Shown: in pieces, positions 27,560 to 42,053 of the stretch
How the letters are laid out: every line of letters begins with the position of its first letter
How positions within the stretch are numbered: position 1 is the stretch's first letter
NCBI GenBank assembly: GCA_964016885.1
Contig: OZ024741.1
Location: 98,890,001 to 98,954,000 of the forward strand
Direction of reading: 5' to 3'
Source: Eledone cirrhosa
Taxonomy: Eukaryota
DNA length: 64,000 nt
Program-made: the position numbers and the translations under genes
Notes under the pieces: model-generated
Seen by the model: the letters and a program-made list of their open reading frames with translations, nothing else
Told to the model about the DNA's origin: nothing
Database searches by the model: none

Positions 27560-28244
27560 TCGTTGGTTCACGTTTAATTTAGCAAAATATGCAAATCATT
27601 TCAATGCATTCTAAGAAGCCAGATTTTCAAGGATACTTCGCTTCAAATTTTTCAAATATTTCTAATATTCTTTTTGCTTTATTTATAAAGCTGTCGTCGT
27701 TGCCGAGTTTGTTGTAGGCATTCCTGTTTTATACTGTTTGTTGTTCTTGAATATATCTCCTCACAATATGTATAAACATAATGGCTGCATTAAACATATG
27801 TGCATAAGAGACCATATCGTGTTTTACTGACAACTAATCAGACGTAACTGAAACCAGTCTTCGAGCGCTAAATACAATAACATATTCCCTTGTTGGGTTC
27901 GGATTCTTTCAATATTCTTATTTCATTCGCACATCAGGTGTAGTTCTCCAATATCCTCCTTTCACCATAACAATTAAATCATACCAAATTCTGTTAATTT
28001 CCTGTTGTTGATATATACACATACATGCTACTTCGTCAGTTAGTGTTTACACCTGCTACTAAGAGTCGAATTAAGTATAGATGATTGGCAATTAATTGTA
28101 TAAATAAATAGGTAGAAATGTTTGTATTGTGTTGATTTGAATATAGAAATCGAGGTCTACACTAAACTCGAGAATTTCTCTGAAAGCTTCCATTTCCCTA
28201 ATTTCTAACGATCTAACTAGTTGAACATATTGACATTTTCCTTG

Positions 28245-28245
<1 letters not shown>
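27560..28245 (-). pseudogene. Heavily decayed Penelope-like RT relic
   Basis: Broken motifs colinear with 55240-55770 (RPRF, QLIA, NEIRI, DD). Many stops and frameshifts. Confidence 0.35.
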
Positions 28246-28336
<91 letters not shown>

Positions 28337-28465
28337 GTGAGGTTTTTTTTACAAAATGAAAAGTAACCGAGGTGTCCTACACGAGTAAAAGTATAAAGAA
28401 AAAAGGATGAAATCGAAAATGCAACTGGAGTCTTATTTTTAAAAAATATATATATTTATTCGGTT

Positions 28466-28503
28466 CCTTTACCGGTTTCGCAGTTCTTCTGCTTTTCAAA
28501 AGT
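28466..28503 (-). ncRNA. Minimal type I hammerhead, U3-A8 core variant
   Basis: Reverse strand CTT-TTGAAAA-GCAG(AAGAA)CTGC-GAAA-CCGG-TA-AAG, then AATAAA. Confidence 0.62.
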
Positions 28504-28537
28504 AGAGTTGAGATGGAGGGTCTGTGGTTTTTCTCAC

Positions 28538-28618
<81 letters not shown>

Positions 28619-28744
28619 GTTCAAGAGTAACCAATCTTAAAGAGAGAGATGGAGATAGTAGAGGAGATATGAGAGGAAAGATTGGTGAAAGATACCTTGG
28701 TGAAAGATTGGTGAAAGATTCCTTGTGAAATTTGTGGTCTTGTT

Positions 28745-28796
28745 TTGCTTAACTAATGAATATATATATATATATATATATATATTGCTTAACTAA

Positions 28797-28858
<62 letters not shown>

Positions 28859-28870
28859 TTAGTTAAGCAA
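28745..28870. repeat. 16-mer present twice direct and once inverted, spaced by (TA)n
   Basis: TTGCTTAACTAATGAA at 28745 and 28785. Reverse complement at 28855. Confidence 0.9.
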
Positions 28871-29210
28871 TATATATATATATATATATATATAGACTCA
28901 CATTAATCCCCTATAATTTAATGAGCTCAAGGTATAGATTCCGGGCTCTTTATAGATCAGTATATAGAGAGTATAGAGGAGTATATATAGAGGTGTGTGT
29001 TTAATCATTGGGGATAACAAATAGGTTTCTTCACTTTTTGTGGCGAAACAGTCTAATTTGAGCATGGCCAGTTATTATTGGATGGTTAGTACGCTTTATT
29101 TTATTTCTTTAATTGATCTGTGTTCACCTTTTGTTTTCGTAGATAATTTGTTCATCACTCTGATGGTTTTTTTATCCCTTATGATTAAACACATACCTCT
29201 ATGTGAAGTT

Positions 29211-29254
<44 letters not shown>

Positions 29255-29301
29255 CTGTCTCTCTCTCTCTCTCTTTATATATATATATAAATATATATAT
29301 G

Positions 29302-29342
<41 letters not shown>

Positions 29343-29347
29343 GATTT

Positions 29348-29408
29348 TTTCATTCTGATGACTGAAAGCAAATTTTGTTTGCTTTCAAGAAACCACTGGT
29401 AAATGAAA
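29348..29408 (+). ncRNA. Type I hammerhead ribozyme
   Basis: TTTCATT-CTGATGA-C[TGAAAGCAAA/TTTGCTTTCA]A-GAAA-CCACTGG-TA-AATGAAA. 7-bp stem I and GUA cleavage triplet. Confidence 0.8.
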
Positions 29409-29433
29409 TAATTATCTTATGTTGTTTATTACA

Positions 29434-29522
<89 letters not shown>

Positions 29523-29529
29523 ATGTATT

Positions 29530-29900
29530 GTATCTGGTAATACCGAGGCAGGATCTTTCATACAAAACATCATCAAATATATCATTAGGAAAAACTGAAG
29601 AATAGCTCAATGAAGACGACATATGTCACTATTGGAGTAAATTTTAAAAGATTTTGCTCAATTTAGCTAAATCTTTATTTCCTATGGGAAGTGGAGATGA
29701 GTGTTGAATTGAAAAAAATAATTAGATATTTAAATGTTCGATCACAAGAATTAGAGTTAAGATTTCTAACTAACCCAATCGAAGTCAAATCAGATTGAAA
29801 TTTTATATATCAAATTAGAATTTCAACATATTGCTATATTCTATACTTTGATATTTGAGTCGGGAGGGAAGTGATGTCCGCAAGCCTTTTAAAGGCTAGA
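29530..29900 (+). pseudogene. Decayed N-terminus of a Penelope-like ORF
   Basis: LSYKTSSNISLGKTEE resembles YSITTSLKDIPIPGKTEN at 54564. Lies downstream of the hammerhead and a (TA)n tract. Confidence 0.35.
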
Positions 29901-30051
29901 TAGTGGTGTTAAACATGACGATAGATCAAGCCTATTGGATGAGAAACAAAACACTTGCTGTGTAAGATGGCTTTTCAGTCATAGGTATCTATTCCAGCCT
30001 GAATTTAGAACTGACTGCAAGCTGAGAAAACTTTATATAACATTACCATTT

Positions 30052-30094
<43 letters not shown>

Positions 30095-30116
30095 GCCATT
30101 ATTAATGCTGCTGCTA

Positions 30117-30169
<53 letters not shown>

Positions 30170-30241
30170 TACTACTACTACTACTGCCATTACTGTTGCT
30201 GCTACTACTACTATTACTACTACTACTACTACTAATATCAT

Positions 30242-30277
<36 letters not shown>

Positions 30278-30520
30278 CATTACTGCTGCTGCTGCTGATA
30301 CTACTACTATTACTACTACTACTACTACTACTACTACTAGTATTACTACTACTGCTACTACTACTACTACTACTAGTATTACTACTACCACTACTACTAC
30401 TATTACTACTACTACTACTACTACTAATGTTGCTACTGCTGTTACTACTACTTCTACTACTACTGTTACTATAGCTACTACAACCACAATCACCACATCA
30501 ACAACTACAACTACTACTTT
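30052..30520. repeat. Degenerate (ACT)n microsatellite
   Basis: Read directly. Confidence 0.95.
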
Positions 30521-31319
30521 ACCTCCACCAACACCACAACCACACTACCACAATGGACGCTGATTCTGGCTTCGATCAGGAGGTTCTAGCTTCCTGGATA
30601 AATGTCTTTTACCATAGCGCTTTGTCATGGAATCATGGAACCTGCGGGACTCCATCAGATAAATTGTAGCTGTTATTCAAATATACAACCTGGTCTCATA
30701 TTTTGTCACGTTCATTTCTCTTGTGAATTATTTTAAGGGCAATATTTCTTTGTAAAGTACCTAGCCATGTGTAGATAGTTCTGTTGAGTGAACAACTGAA
30801 TGTTCCCCGTCAAAACCAACGGAGGATCCCTCATCATATACTATATCGAAGGTAACAGCAACCCAATGAGTGCCCCTCTACATAAACACTAGAACTGCAA
30901 GAAATTTCACTCAATTGTCTTAAAAAGATGAAAACACGTTGGAAAAGGATATATATTTCTTGGTGCACTGTCAGAAAAAAGACAGGATGGTCGCAGGTGG
31001 ATTGATTTTTCATTAGAGATCAATCAGAGCCAAACTGTGACTACACAACAGCAGCAACAAAGACAATGATGACGAGGATGAATACAACAAGAACTACTTT
31101 TTTTTAGCAGGTTTACTCCTTCAGAGACAACTAGTGGCTAAACAACAACAAACCCAGCAACAAAAGCTATCGTTTATACAGCTAATCACTACTGCAAATA
31201 TTTTTTTCTTAATCATGCATTACCCCCCACCCACCACCCCCACCACCCCACCCCACACCCACCCACACACCCTTCTATATGACGTCATACTCTTCTTCTT
31301 TCTATTTTGCAACACTTCA

Positions 31320-31485
31320 CCCCACCTCTCTCTCTCTCTCTCACTCTCTCTCTACCTCTCTCTATCTATTTCTCTCTCTCTCTACCTCTCTCTATCTATT
31401 TGTCTCTCTCTCTCTTCTTCACTCTCTGTCTCCCTCTCATTCTGTCTCTCTCTCTCTCTCTACCCATTCCCACGCACCCTCTTTC

Positions 31486-31520
<35 letters not shown>

Positions 31521-31900
31521 TCTCTCTACCCATTCTCACGTTCCCTCTTTCCTCTCTCTCTCTCTACCCATTCTCACGTTCCCTCTTTCCTCTCTCTCTC
31601 TCTACCCATTCTCACGCCCCCTCTTTCCTCTCTCTCTCTCTCTTCCCCTCTCTCTTTCCCCCCTCTCTCTCTCTACCAATTCTCACGCCCCTCTTTTCCT
31701 CTCTCTCTCTCTACGCATTCTCACGCCCCCTCTTTCCTCTCTTCCTCTCTCCGTCTCTCTCTCTCTCTCTCTCTCTACCCATTCTCACGCCTCCTCTTTC
31801 CTCTCTCTCTCTCTCTATCTCTCTTTCCCCTCTCTCTCTCTACACACACATTCTCACGCCCCTCTTTTCCTCTCTCTCTCTACCCATTTTCTCACCCGTT
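31320..31900. repeat. CT-rich minisatellite, unit ~34-40 bp
   Basis: Recurrent CTACCCATTCTCACGCCCCTCTTTCCTCTCTCT units embedded in (CT)n. Confidence 0.85.
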
Positions 31901-32189
31901 CCCTCCATCATGCCCCTTTATCTTGTTCTGTTTTTTGTTTCTTTCTTTCAAATATTTGCTCTGTTCAGTCATCTCTGCCTCAAACTCTTCTTTCTCTTGC
32001 CAATCCAAATGATATAAAATTATCGATCATAGACAATTGGTTTTGATTGTTAAGTGTGAGGACACTACACTTAATGAACTAGTACGTGTCTAACACTTTC
32101 AACTAAAAAAAAATCACTACAGTAAACTAGCTAAACAAATAAATAAATTGATAAATAAACAAGCAAATAAATAAATGAAGGAGCACCTG

Positions 32190-33290
<1,101 letters not shown>

Positions 33291-33719
33291 GTTGTTTTTG
33301 TTTTCTAGACTTCTCATATTTTTGTTTAGATGTTATCTGACATTTTAACTATATTCAAAGCGGGTTGTGTGGGTAGATCTATTCCTACACACACCACTCC
33401 CTTTTCCTACCCTTCTTTTTTCCCCCCAAAGCAAGCAACTTGTTATGGATGTTCACATTCAAATAGAATTATACTTTCTGGTGCTACTTAGCAATATTGT
33501 TAGTTTGATTTGTTGTTCTTTATTTGTCTTTTGTTTTTTTATTTTTTTGTGTTTTTTTTGCAGTAATGAAGCTCTCTCTCTCTCTTGTTTTTTCTTTCTT
33601 TCTCTTTATCTCTCTCTCTCTCTCACTCTCTCTCTCTTTCTTTCTTTGTATCTCTCTCTCTCTCTCACTCTCTCTCACTTATTCTTACTCTCCCTCTAAC
33701 TCTCTGCCACAATATACAT

Positions 33720-33817
<98 letters not shown>

Positions 33818-34944
33818 TATATATATATATAGATATATATATATAGATATATACATACTTATATGAATTTATGTAAATATGTTTGTTTGTATGTATGTAT
33901 ATATCTATGTATGTATGAGTGTATGTATGTATGTATGTATGTTTGTATGTATGTATGTTTGTATGTATGTATGTATGTATGTATGTATGTATGTATGTAT
34001 GTATGTATGCATATTACAATGAACATGAATAGCCAGAGCGAACAGCCTATGGGTTTAGCTAAGAATTGTATAATACATATATTCCCTATTTAATTTTGCA
34101 GTTTTATCATGTGTGTTTGTGGAAGCGCACAAGCGCGTTTGTGTGTTTTCCTTTTTTTTTTTTTTCGTTTTGGTATTTTAACCCTTTCTGAAATCTCACT
34201 AACAACGTTCTCGATAAGGTTTGCAGGGTATTTTTCTTTATTCTTTTCCGATAATAGAATATTATTTGTTACGCTATATAAAGAGGACTTCAATTAAAGC
34301 AATAGTGGGAATCAATCGGCATATGTTTTACGTGAGTCCTTGAGTCTTCTAATTGCCATCTTCGGTTATGCTTACATTGGATTATTTAGATTCCTTATTC
34401 ACTTCAAGAGAAAGACATTGATATGTTGTTTGTTTGTTGCTTTTTTTTTTTTAGTTGTTTTGGTTGTATTCTTGGGTTTTTGAAGGAGGGGTGTCCAGAA
34501 CATCTTTAGTTTAGAGTAATCGCTTCCTCACAATAAATCCTTGAGTTGTAATTGTAAAGCGGGTGGAGTTGGAATGGTGTAGTCACAGGAAGTAGAGTAA
34601 CACCCATAAGTATTAGATGACCTCCAAGACGAGTGAGATGAAAGGATGATGTTATCATTAGATCGTAGATTTGATCTGAACCTATGCAACAGAGTACACG
34701 CTACCAAAGACACCTGTGAAGTCGACGGTGACTTTAAATGAGGCGAGAGGTTGAGTCTACAAACTAAGAACCGAATCTAACCTTCTGGCGAGTTTTTCTT
34801 CCCGGAATGCCAATTGCCAGACTTTGATCCACGCGAGGTTAATGGTGAGGTCATTAGTCCAAAGAATTGTGAAGTGGGATCGAACCCGAACCCATGTAGT
34901 ACCAAAACGGACATAATGACCACATAGCCATGTCTCTTGATCAT

Positions 34945-35099
34945 GAACCAGAGGTAGACCCCGAGCAAGATGGTTGGATGACAACCATAAGCTTCGCTGG
35001 TCCCGCTTGGGGATTCAGCCGGATCAACTGGAGACGGTTGCTTCTGAAGAACCCGCTGGAAGACGTACTTGAGGACTCTACCCTCAGTAGTAGTAGTAT

Positions 35100-35152
<53 letters not shown>
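34945..35152 (+). mobile_element. LINE 3' end (same family as 13070-13420) with (AGT)n tail
   Basis: Shared GGTAGACCCC.AGCAAG.TGGTTGGAT, CGCTTGGGGAT.CAGCCG and ACGGTTGCTTCTGA. A tRNA-like SINE head lies reversed just upstream (~34860-34932). Confidence 0.75.
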
Positions 35153-35163
<11 letters not shown>

Positions 35164-35258
35164 GGTGGTGGTCGTGGTGGTGGTGGTGGTGGTGGTGATG
35201 GTGGTGGTGGTGGTAGAAGGAGAAGGGGGAGAAGAAGAAGAAGAAGAAGAAGAAGAAG

Positions 35259-35298
<40 letters not shown>

Positions 35299-36964
35299 CC
35301 AACAAGACGACGACAATAACAACAACAACAACAACAACACCAACAACTTGTAAACAAAGTATTGTTGCTATTATTGTTCTTGAGTTCCTAGCCATGCCCA
35401 TCCCATCTTTGTTTTACTGACACAATGTACCTGGGACCACATTATTCAATATATCATTCCTTTTTAAGGTGGTAAGATGTGTTTTATAAAAAGTGTGGGG
35501 ACTTTTATCTCTAGGATACCGATTAACCACATTGAGCTTTCCTTGTTTGGTTCACGTAAACCAAATTGATTTTGTAGCTGACGTTGTTCGTATTGATGTT
35601 GCTGTTACTATGAACGGGCTTTTTTTTATTTCGATATTGTTTTGTTTGTTTCTTTTGTGTGTGTGTTTTTGTAGTTGTTACTTTTTGTTAGAAGCACAAA
35701 AGATTCTACATTCTTTTGCATAACAGAAATTAAATGAATTCGTTTGTGTTAGATGAGAATTGAAACGACATTTCAGTCTAGAATTATGGTGGACATATTA
35801 GACCTGTCAACCTCTAGAAACCCTAACGGAGACTACCATGAAAAAAAGTGCCCCAAAACGGAGAAATGAGGCAAAATGGGAGATTTTACATAATGAAAGG
35901 TTTACCCATTTTCACAAGAGAAGACACCTCTCACCCACCCCAAAGCGGGTGGGAGATCTCCAGGTCGAACGGGGAGAGTTGACAGGTCTGACATATATCG
36001 TTATGTATGAAGACGCCATACTTTAAGAGACGGACGAAACGGATGTGTCCGTCATAATCGTAAAAGAAGTGAATTGATTTCCATCAAGAATTGAACCTGC
36101 ATCGTAACATCCACCCTGATGTTAGTAATATTTCTTCACTCAGTAGTTGCAATATTCTATTTGATATTGTATTATTAATAAAATTTCACACACACACACA
36201 TACAAACACACACAGGTACACTTACACAAACAAATACACACATACACACACACAGATGCACACTTACATAAACACATACACACACACAAACACATATACA
36301 CTCAAACACATGGTGACGCATATAGCAGATATATAATCAGTGTCTAGTGTCAGACTTACTCGTATTCATTTCATATATAATACACGGAAATATACATAGA
36401 ATTATATACACACAGATGCCTACATACTTACTCACGTACACACTAAACTACACAGACACTTACACTCACTACCACATACATATAAATGCATAAGCATATA
36501 CATGCATAAGCATATACATGCATAAGCATATACACACATACATACACTTGCTCAAATATATCCATTATATACAAAATATATTTAAAAAATGTATGTACAC
36601 ATACATAGATACGTACATACATATATACATACATATACGTATATATACATACATGCATATATACATACATACATACGTACATGCACACTTACATATATAT
36701 GTACGTACGTACATATAAACATACACACGTACATGCATACATGCATACATGCATATATACGTACGTAAATACATATAAACATACATACATACATGCATAC
36801 TTACATATATACGTACGTACATACATATACACATACATACATACATACATGCATACTTACATATATACGTACGTACATACATATAAACATACATACATGC
36901 ATACATACATACTTACATACATATATACATACATACTTACATACATATATGCATACATTCATAC

Positions 36965-37578
36965 ATGGTGGTGGCTGCCAACTCGTTTTCGGGTACGGCC
37001 ACTACTTTATATCCATGTAGGAGAACCCCTACCGATGCGCTGAACGAGTGTGACTTTTTAGTCCAGCCAGCGTATTGAAAACTCTGGTACAAACACTACA
37101 CTTGTGACAATTATTGACACATAGTGCTGAGCCCATGGTACCATGTGACGACAAGTGCAGAGAGATCTCCAGATATAAAGCAATGCCTGTGCCGTGAAGC
37201 TTTTATAGTGAACAAAGGCACTGCACAAAGCCAGTCCCACTCTCTTAACCAAGATGATATTTACCAAAAACAAGAACAAGTCAAGATCATTGGATACCAT
37301 CAGGGTTGCAGGTGTTATATCAGAGTTTCCCTTCTCCTAGAATTCTGCCTTGACAAAGGCTAAGGGGTCATCTCTCCCGGTGATTTTGGATGGCCATTGA
37401 CTCTTAAGAGCTCCTTTGCCCTTTGACAGGTTTTGTTTTTAGTCCTGCAGGATGTCCAAAGTCACCCTCCTCACCAAGAAACCTTGGTGGGGTTGCCAGT
37501 TTAGTCGCCAACGTCCCGACCATGAGACAGGTTGTACTGGGATACATGTTACCAGTAGCACCAACTGGTGACCTGACA
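36965..37578 (-). mobile_element. ~610-bp non-autonomous RTE-related element, copy 1
   Basis: Nearly identical to 45482-46090. Contains CTAGGAGAAGGGAAACTCTGATA as in RTE 5' regions and ends in (TATG)n. Confidence 0.75.
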
Positions 37579-37713
37579 CATACATACATACATATAAACA
37601 TACTTACATACATATATACATACATACATATATACACACATATATACACGGACATAAATATACAAACATATATGCACTAACATATATAAAAGCATATACA
37701 CTGCACATAGATA

Positions 37714-38118
37714 AATAATTGTTTCTACTTTAGGCACAAGGCTAGCAATACCCAGTACATTACTGGTACTTTATTTTATCGACCCCGTAAGGAAGAAAGG
37801 CAAAGTTAACCTCGGCGGGATATGAACCTAGACTGTAAAGGGACGTAACTATGCTGGAAAACATGGCGTCCAACCCTCTACCAATACTGCACATAGATAA
37901 ATAATTGTTTCTACTTTTAGCACAAGGCCAGCAATTACGCAGTACATTACTGGTACTTTATTTTATCGACCCTGTAAGGATGAAAGGCAAAGTTAACCTC
38001 GGCGGGATTTGAACTCAGAATGGCAAGGGCCATAACTCTATGCGTCAAAGCATGGCGTCCGACCCTCTACCGATACTGCCAATCTACCGACCCTCTACCG
38101 ATACTGCCAATCCACCGC
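37714..38118 (-). mobile_element. Two tandem SINEs with a triplicated target site
   Basis: CTGCACATAGATAAATAAT at 37701, 37887 and 38119. Confidence 0.9.
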
Positions 38119-38358
38119 CTGCACATAGATAAATAATGCAATACAAACACACAAGACACATTACATACGTAACATAATAAAAACATAGACGCAATAATGT
38201 CTGTCAAATCAAATCCCACAGAGACGGCAAATTCTGTACAAATATATGACTCAGAATCTACAACTCGACAAACAAATACTAATTAACACTATATGACGGG
38301 TGGGGAACGGGTGGTCAATTGTGTGTTAGGGTATGAGGGTAAGAGGAGAGAGAGAGAG

Positions 38359-38460
<102 letters not shown>

Positions 38461-38548
38461 TGATTGAGTTTCTGGTGTCGAATTAAGATTTGACAGATGT
38501 GTGTTGCATATGAAAACACTTGTTGACACTTTAGACAGGTGTTACGTC

Positions 38549-38599
<51 letters not shown>

Positions 38600-38622
38600 A
38601 TACATATATACACACATATATG

Positions 38623-38655
<33 letters not shown>

Positions 38656-38696
38656 ATACATACATACATACATATGTGTGTGTGTGTTTGTATATA

Positions 38697-38884
<188 letters not shown>

Positions 38885-39005
38885 GCACACATATATATGT
38901 ATTTTATATATAAAAAGTAAAAGCCCGACGGAGACGTGTAGCGGTTTCGGCTTGTTTTTGATAAACCATGTGTGTTTCTGTTTGTGTCTGTGCGCTTTTA
39001 TTTAC

Positions 39006-39115
<110 letters not shown>

Positions 39116-39156
39116 GCGGGGTAGAGTGAGAGGGAGAGAGAGAGAGAGAAATATAT

Positions 39157-39383
39157 TATAATGGTTTCTTATAAAGACACAAGGCTAACAATTTTAGTGG
39201 GGAGAAAGTTGATTAAATCGACCCCAGTCTGTTACTGGTGTTTTTTCTATCACCCCTATAAGGATATAAGGATGAAAAGCAAAACAAACCTCGCCGGGAT
39301 TTGAACTCTAAACGTAAAGGAACGTAACTCAAGGCCACGAGGTGGGGTGTCAGACCTCAACCGATACGGCTAATTCAACGCCC
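39157..39383 (-). mobile_element. Older SINE copy
   Basis: Reverse consensus, retaining the GTTGATTAAATCGAC palindrome segment that young copies lack. Confidence 0.75.
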
Positions 39384-40033
39384 TAAAGAGATACATTATA
39401 ATGAAACAGGTTTTAGTGTTATGCTTTCAAAATACCGAGAACTATGAAACGAAATTGAAAACATAATTGAAAACAAAGTGGATTACACCAAACGTTTTTA
39501 ACTTTCCCTGGGGAGTAAATTAAATAAAAATGGCGTAGACATTACAGTACAATACAATACAATGGGAGGAAACATAACAGTACCACTGATGATGTTGCAG
39601 ATGTGCAACGAAAGAACTTTGATAGACGATATATATATTTATATCTGTATTTTTAACCGTTGATAAAAATTGATAAACATTGATTACCAAATAAATTAAC
39701 TATGGAGATATAAAAGATACAGAAGCGAAAACCAACCAAACAGTGAGTGTGTTCTGTTATTATTTCTGGCAATATTATTACAACGATATGACCCTCCCCA
39801 AGGAAAACATAATTGAAACGTTTAAATTATCGAAGCCATGTTTTATGAAAATCAACAAAATAATAACGCACCGCTCAAAACTTTGGATAATATCAATATA
39901 TTTCATTTGGTATAAATGTATATTTGTATAAATATACAAATTTGGCCTCCCTGTGCCAGTAAACAAAGTGGATTGCCCCACACGTTTTTAACTTTCCGTG
40001 GGCAGTAAAAGTAGAATTAATCTGACGTTTCCG

Positions 40034-40112
<79 letters not shown>

Positions 40113-40756
40113 GCACACACAGACTGAAGCAATGCACACGTACGAGTTTTATCCCTTCGACACACACACAACCACACCCGTACACATGAACCCTCCACCT
40201 CGTCCCCCACCACCAAATGCCGGATCTCTCACATACCACCACACCCCCAACCTATCAATATCCTCCTAACACCTTTTTTCTAACTTCTTTTCCTAATTTT
40301 TACACAATACTTTTATGTACCAATCTGTTCTCTTCTTATCCGAACTTTCCCGATGAAAGAATTCCGTCCGAAATATAGAACCCACCTCCACTTTTATGCG
40401 TGAAACAACGGGACAAATTAGGCAGACAGGTAGATAGATCGGAGAGGGAGAAATAAAATGCATCCGTTCAACACCAAGTCGCCGCATACATCCTACCATC
40501 AGAAATATCTATTTTCTCTTGCACGAGCCAGCAATTTTATGTAGTCCTCTCAAGTTAAATCGTGCGAAACTACAACCGGTCTGAGAACTGAAAAGGTGAA
40601 ATGAATTTGTGTAATCTTGTCTCATTCATTTTCTTCATCAGGCCAACACACTTCTAGCCACAGATTTCTGTTCTTTGAGGTAAATTTTACCCGATGCTGT
40701 CATTGACGGCATTTTGCTGTTTTAACAGTTATTCTTGCGTTGAGGTTTTTCTCATT

Positions 40757-40936
40757 GCAGTATCGGTAGAGGGTCGGACACAATGCTTTGACGCATAGAG
40801 TTACGGTCCTTGTCATTCTGAGTTCAAATCCCGCCGAGGTTAACTTTGCCGTTCATCCTTACGGGGTCGATAAAATAAAGTACCAGTGATGCACTAGGTA
40901 ATTTGCTGGCTTTGTGCCAAAAGTAGAAAAAATTAT
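40757..40936 (+). mobile_element. SINE
   Basis: Consensus match. Confidence 0.88.
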
Positions 40937-41011
40937 TCTATGAATTCTAATACACCCGCACTTTAACTTGATCTTCGAGAAAACTCTGTTTACACACACA
41001 CACACACACAC

Positions 41012-41047
<36 letters not shown>

Positions 41048-41172
41048 ATGTAAATATAATGTATTTTGCAATACACTTTATGCTTAATTAAAAGCATTTT
41101 GAAGACCGTAAGCTATTGTTTTAAAGTAGTGACAAATTCACTCACTTCGATCTCAGCAAACAGGAGGAGATA

Positions 41173-41216
41173 AGCCGACATGACATGTTTTGCTTTTGTT
41201 GAAGCTTATCAAGGCC
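41173..41216 (-). ncRNA. Hammerhead copy with G12 changed to A (probably inactive)
   Basis: Same as 41849-41892 but GAAA reads AAAA. Confidence 0.6.
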
Positions 41217-41489
41217 AACTACCCCGCCCGTCTACTGAGATCAATGATGTTATATTCTTATAGAAATCTAGTAAATAATCAGGAGCTGATTATGCAAAGC
41301 GGTTGTTGGTCAGGCAGAAATTAAAAATTAGAATTGTAGCTCTGAAATAGCAATATATATATGGATGTAAATATAATGTATTTTGCAATACACTTTATGC
41401 TTAATTAAAAGCATTTTGAAGACCGTAAGCTATTGTTTTAAAGTAGTGACAAATTCACTCACTTCGATCTCAGCAAACAGGAGGAGATA

Positions 41490-41533
41490 AGCCGACATGA
41501 CATGTTTCGCTTTTGTTGAAGCTTATCAAGGCC
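41490..41533 (-). ncRNA. Type I hammerhead, U3-A8 variant
   Basis: Reverse complement of 41849-41892. Confidence 0.7.
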
Positions 41534-41848
41534 AACTACCCCGCCCGTCTACTGAGATCAATGATGTTATATTCTTATAGCCTCCTGTTTGCTGAGATCG
41601 AAGTGAGTGAATTTGTCACTACTTTAAAACAATAGCTTACGGTCTTCAAAATGCTTTTAATTAAGCATAAAGTGTATTGCAAAATACATTATATTTACAT
41701 CCATATATATATTGCTATTTCAGAGCTACAATTCTAATTTTTAATTTCTGCCTGACCAACAACCGCTCTGCATAATCAGCTCCTGATTATTTACTAGATT
41801 TCTATAAGAATATAACATCATTGATCTCAGTAGACGGGCGGGGTAGTT

Positions 41849-41892
41849 GGCCTTGATAAGCTTCAACAAAAGCGAAACATGTCATGTCGGCT
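41849..41892 (+). ncRNA. Type I hammerhead, U3-A8 variant
   Basis: GGCC-TTGATAA-GCTT(CAACAA)AAGC-GAAA-CAT(GTC)ATG-TC-GGCT. GUC cleavage triplet. Confidence 0.7.
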
Positions 41893-42053
41893 TATCTCCT
41901 CCTGTTTGCTGAGATCGAAGTGAGTGAATTTGTCACTACTTTAAAACAATAGATTACGGTCTTCAAAATGCTTTTAATTAAGCATAAAGTGTATTGCAAA
42001 ATACATTATATTTACATCCATATGTATATTGCTATTTCAGAGCTACAATTCTA

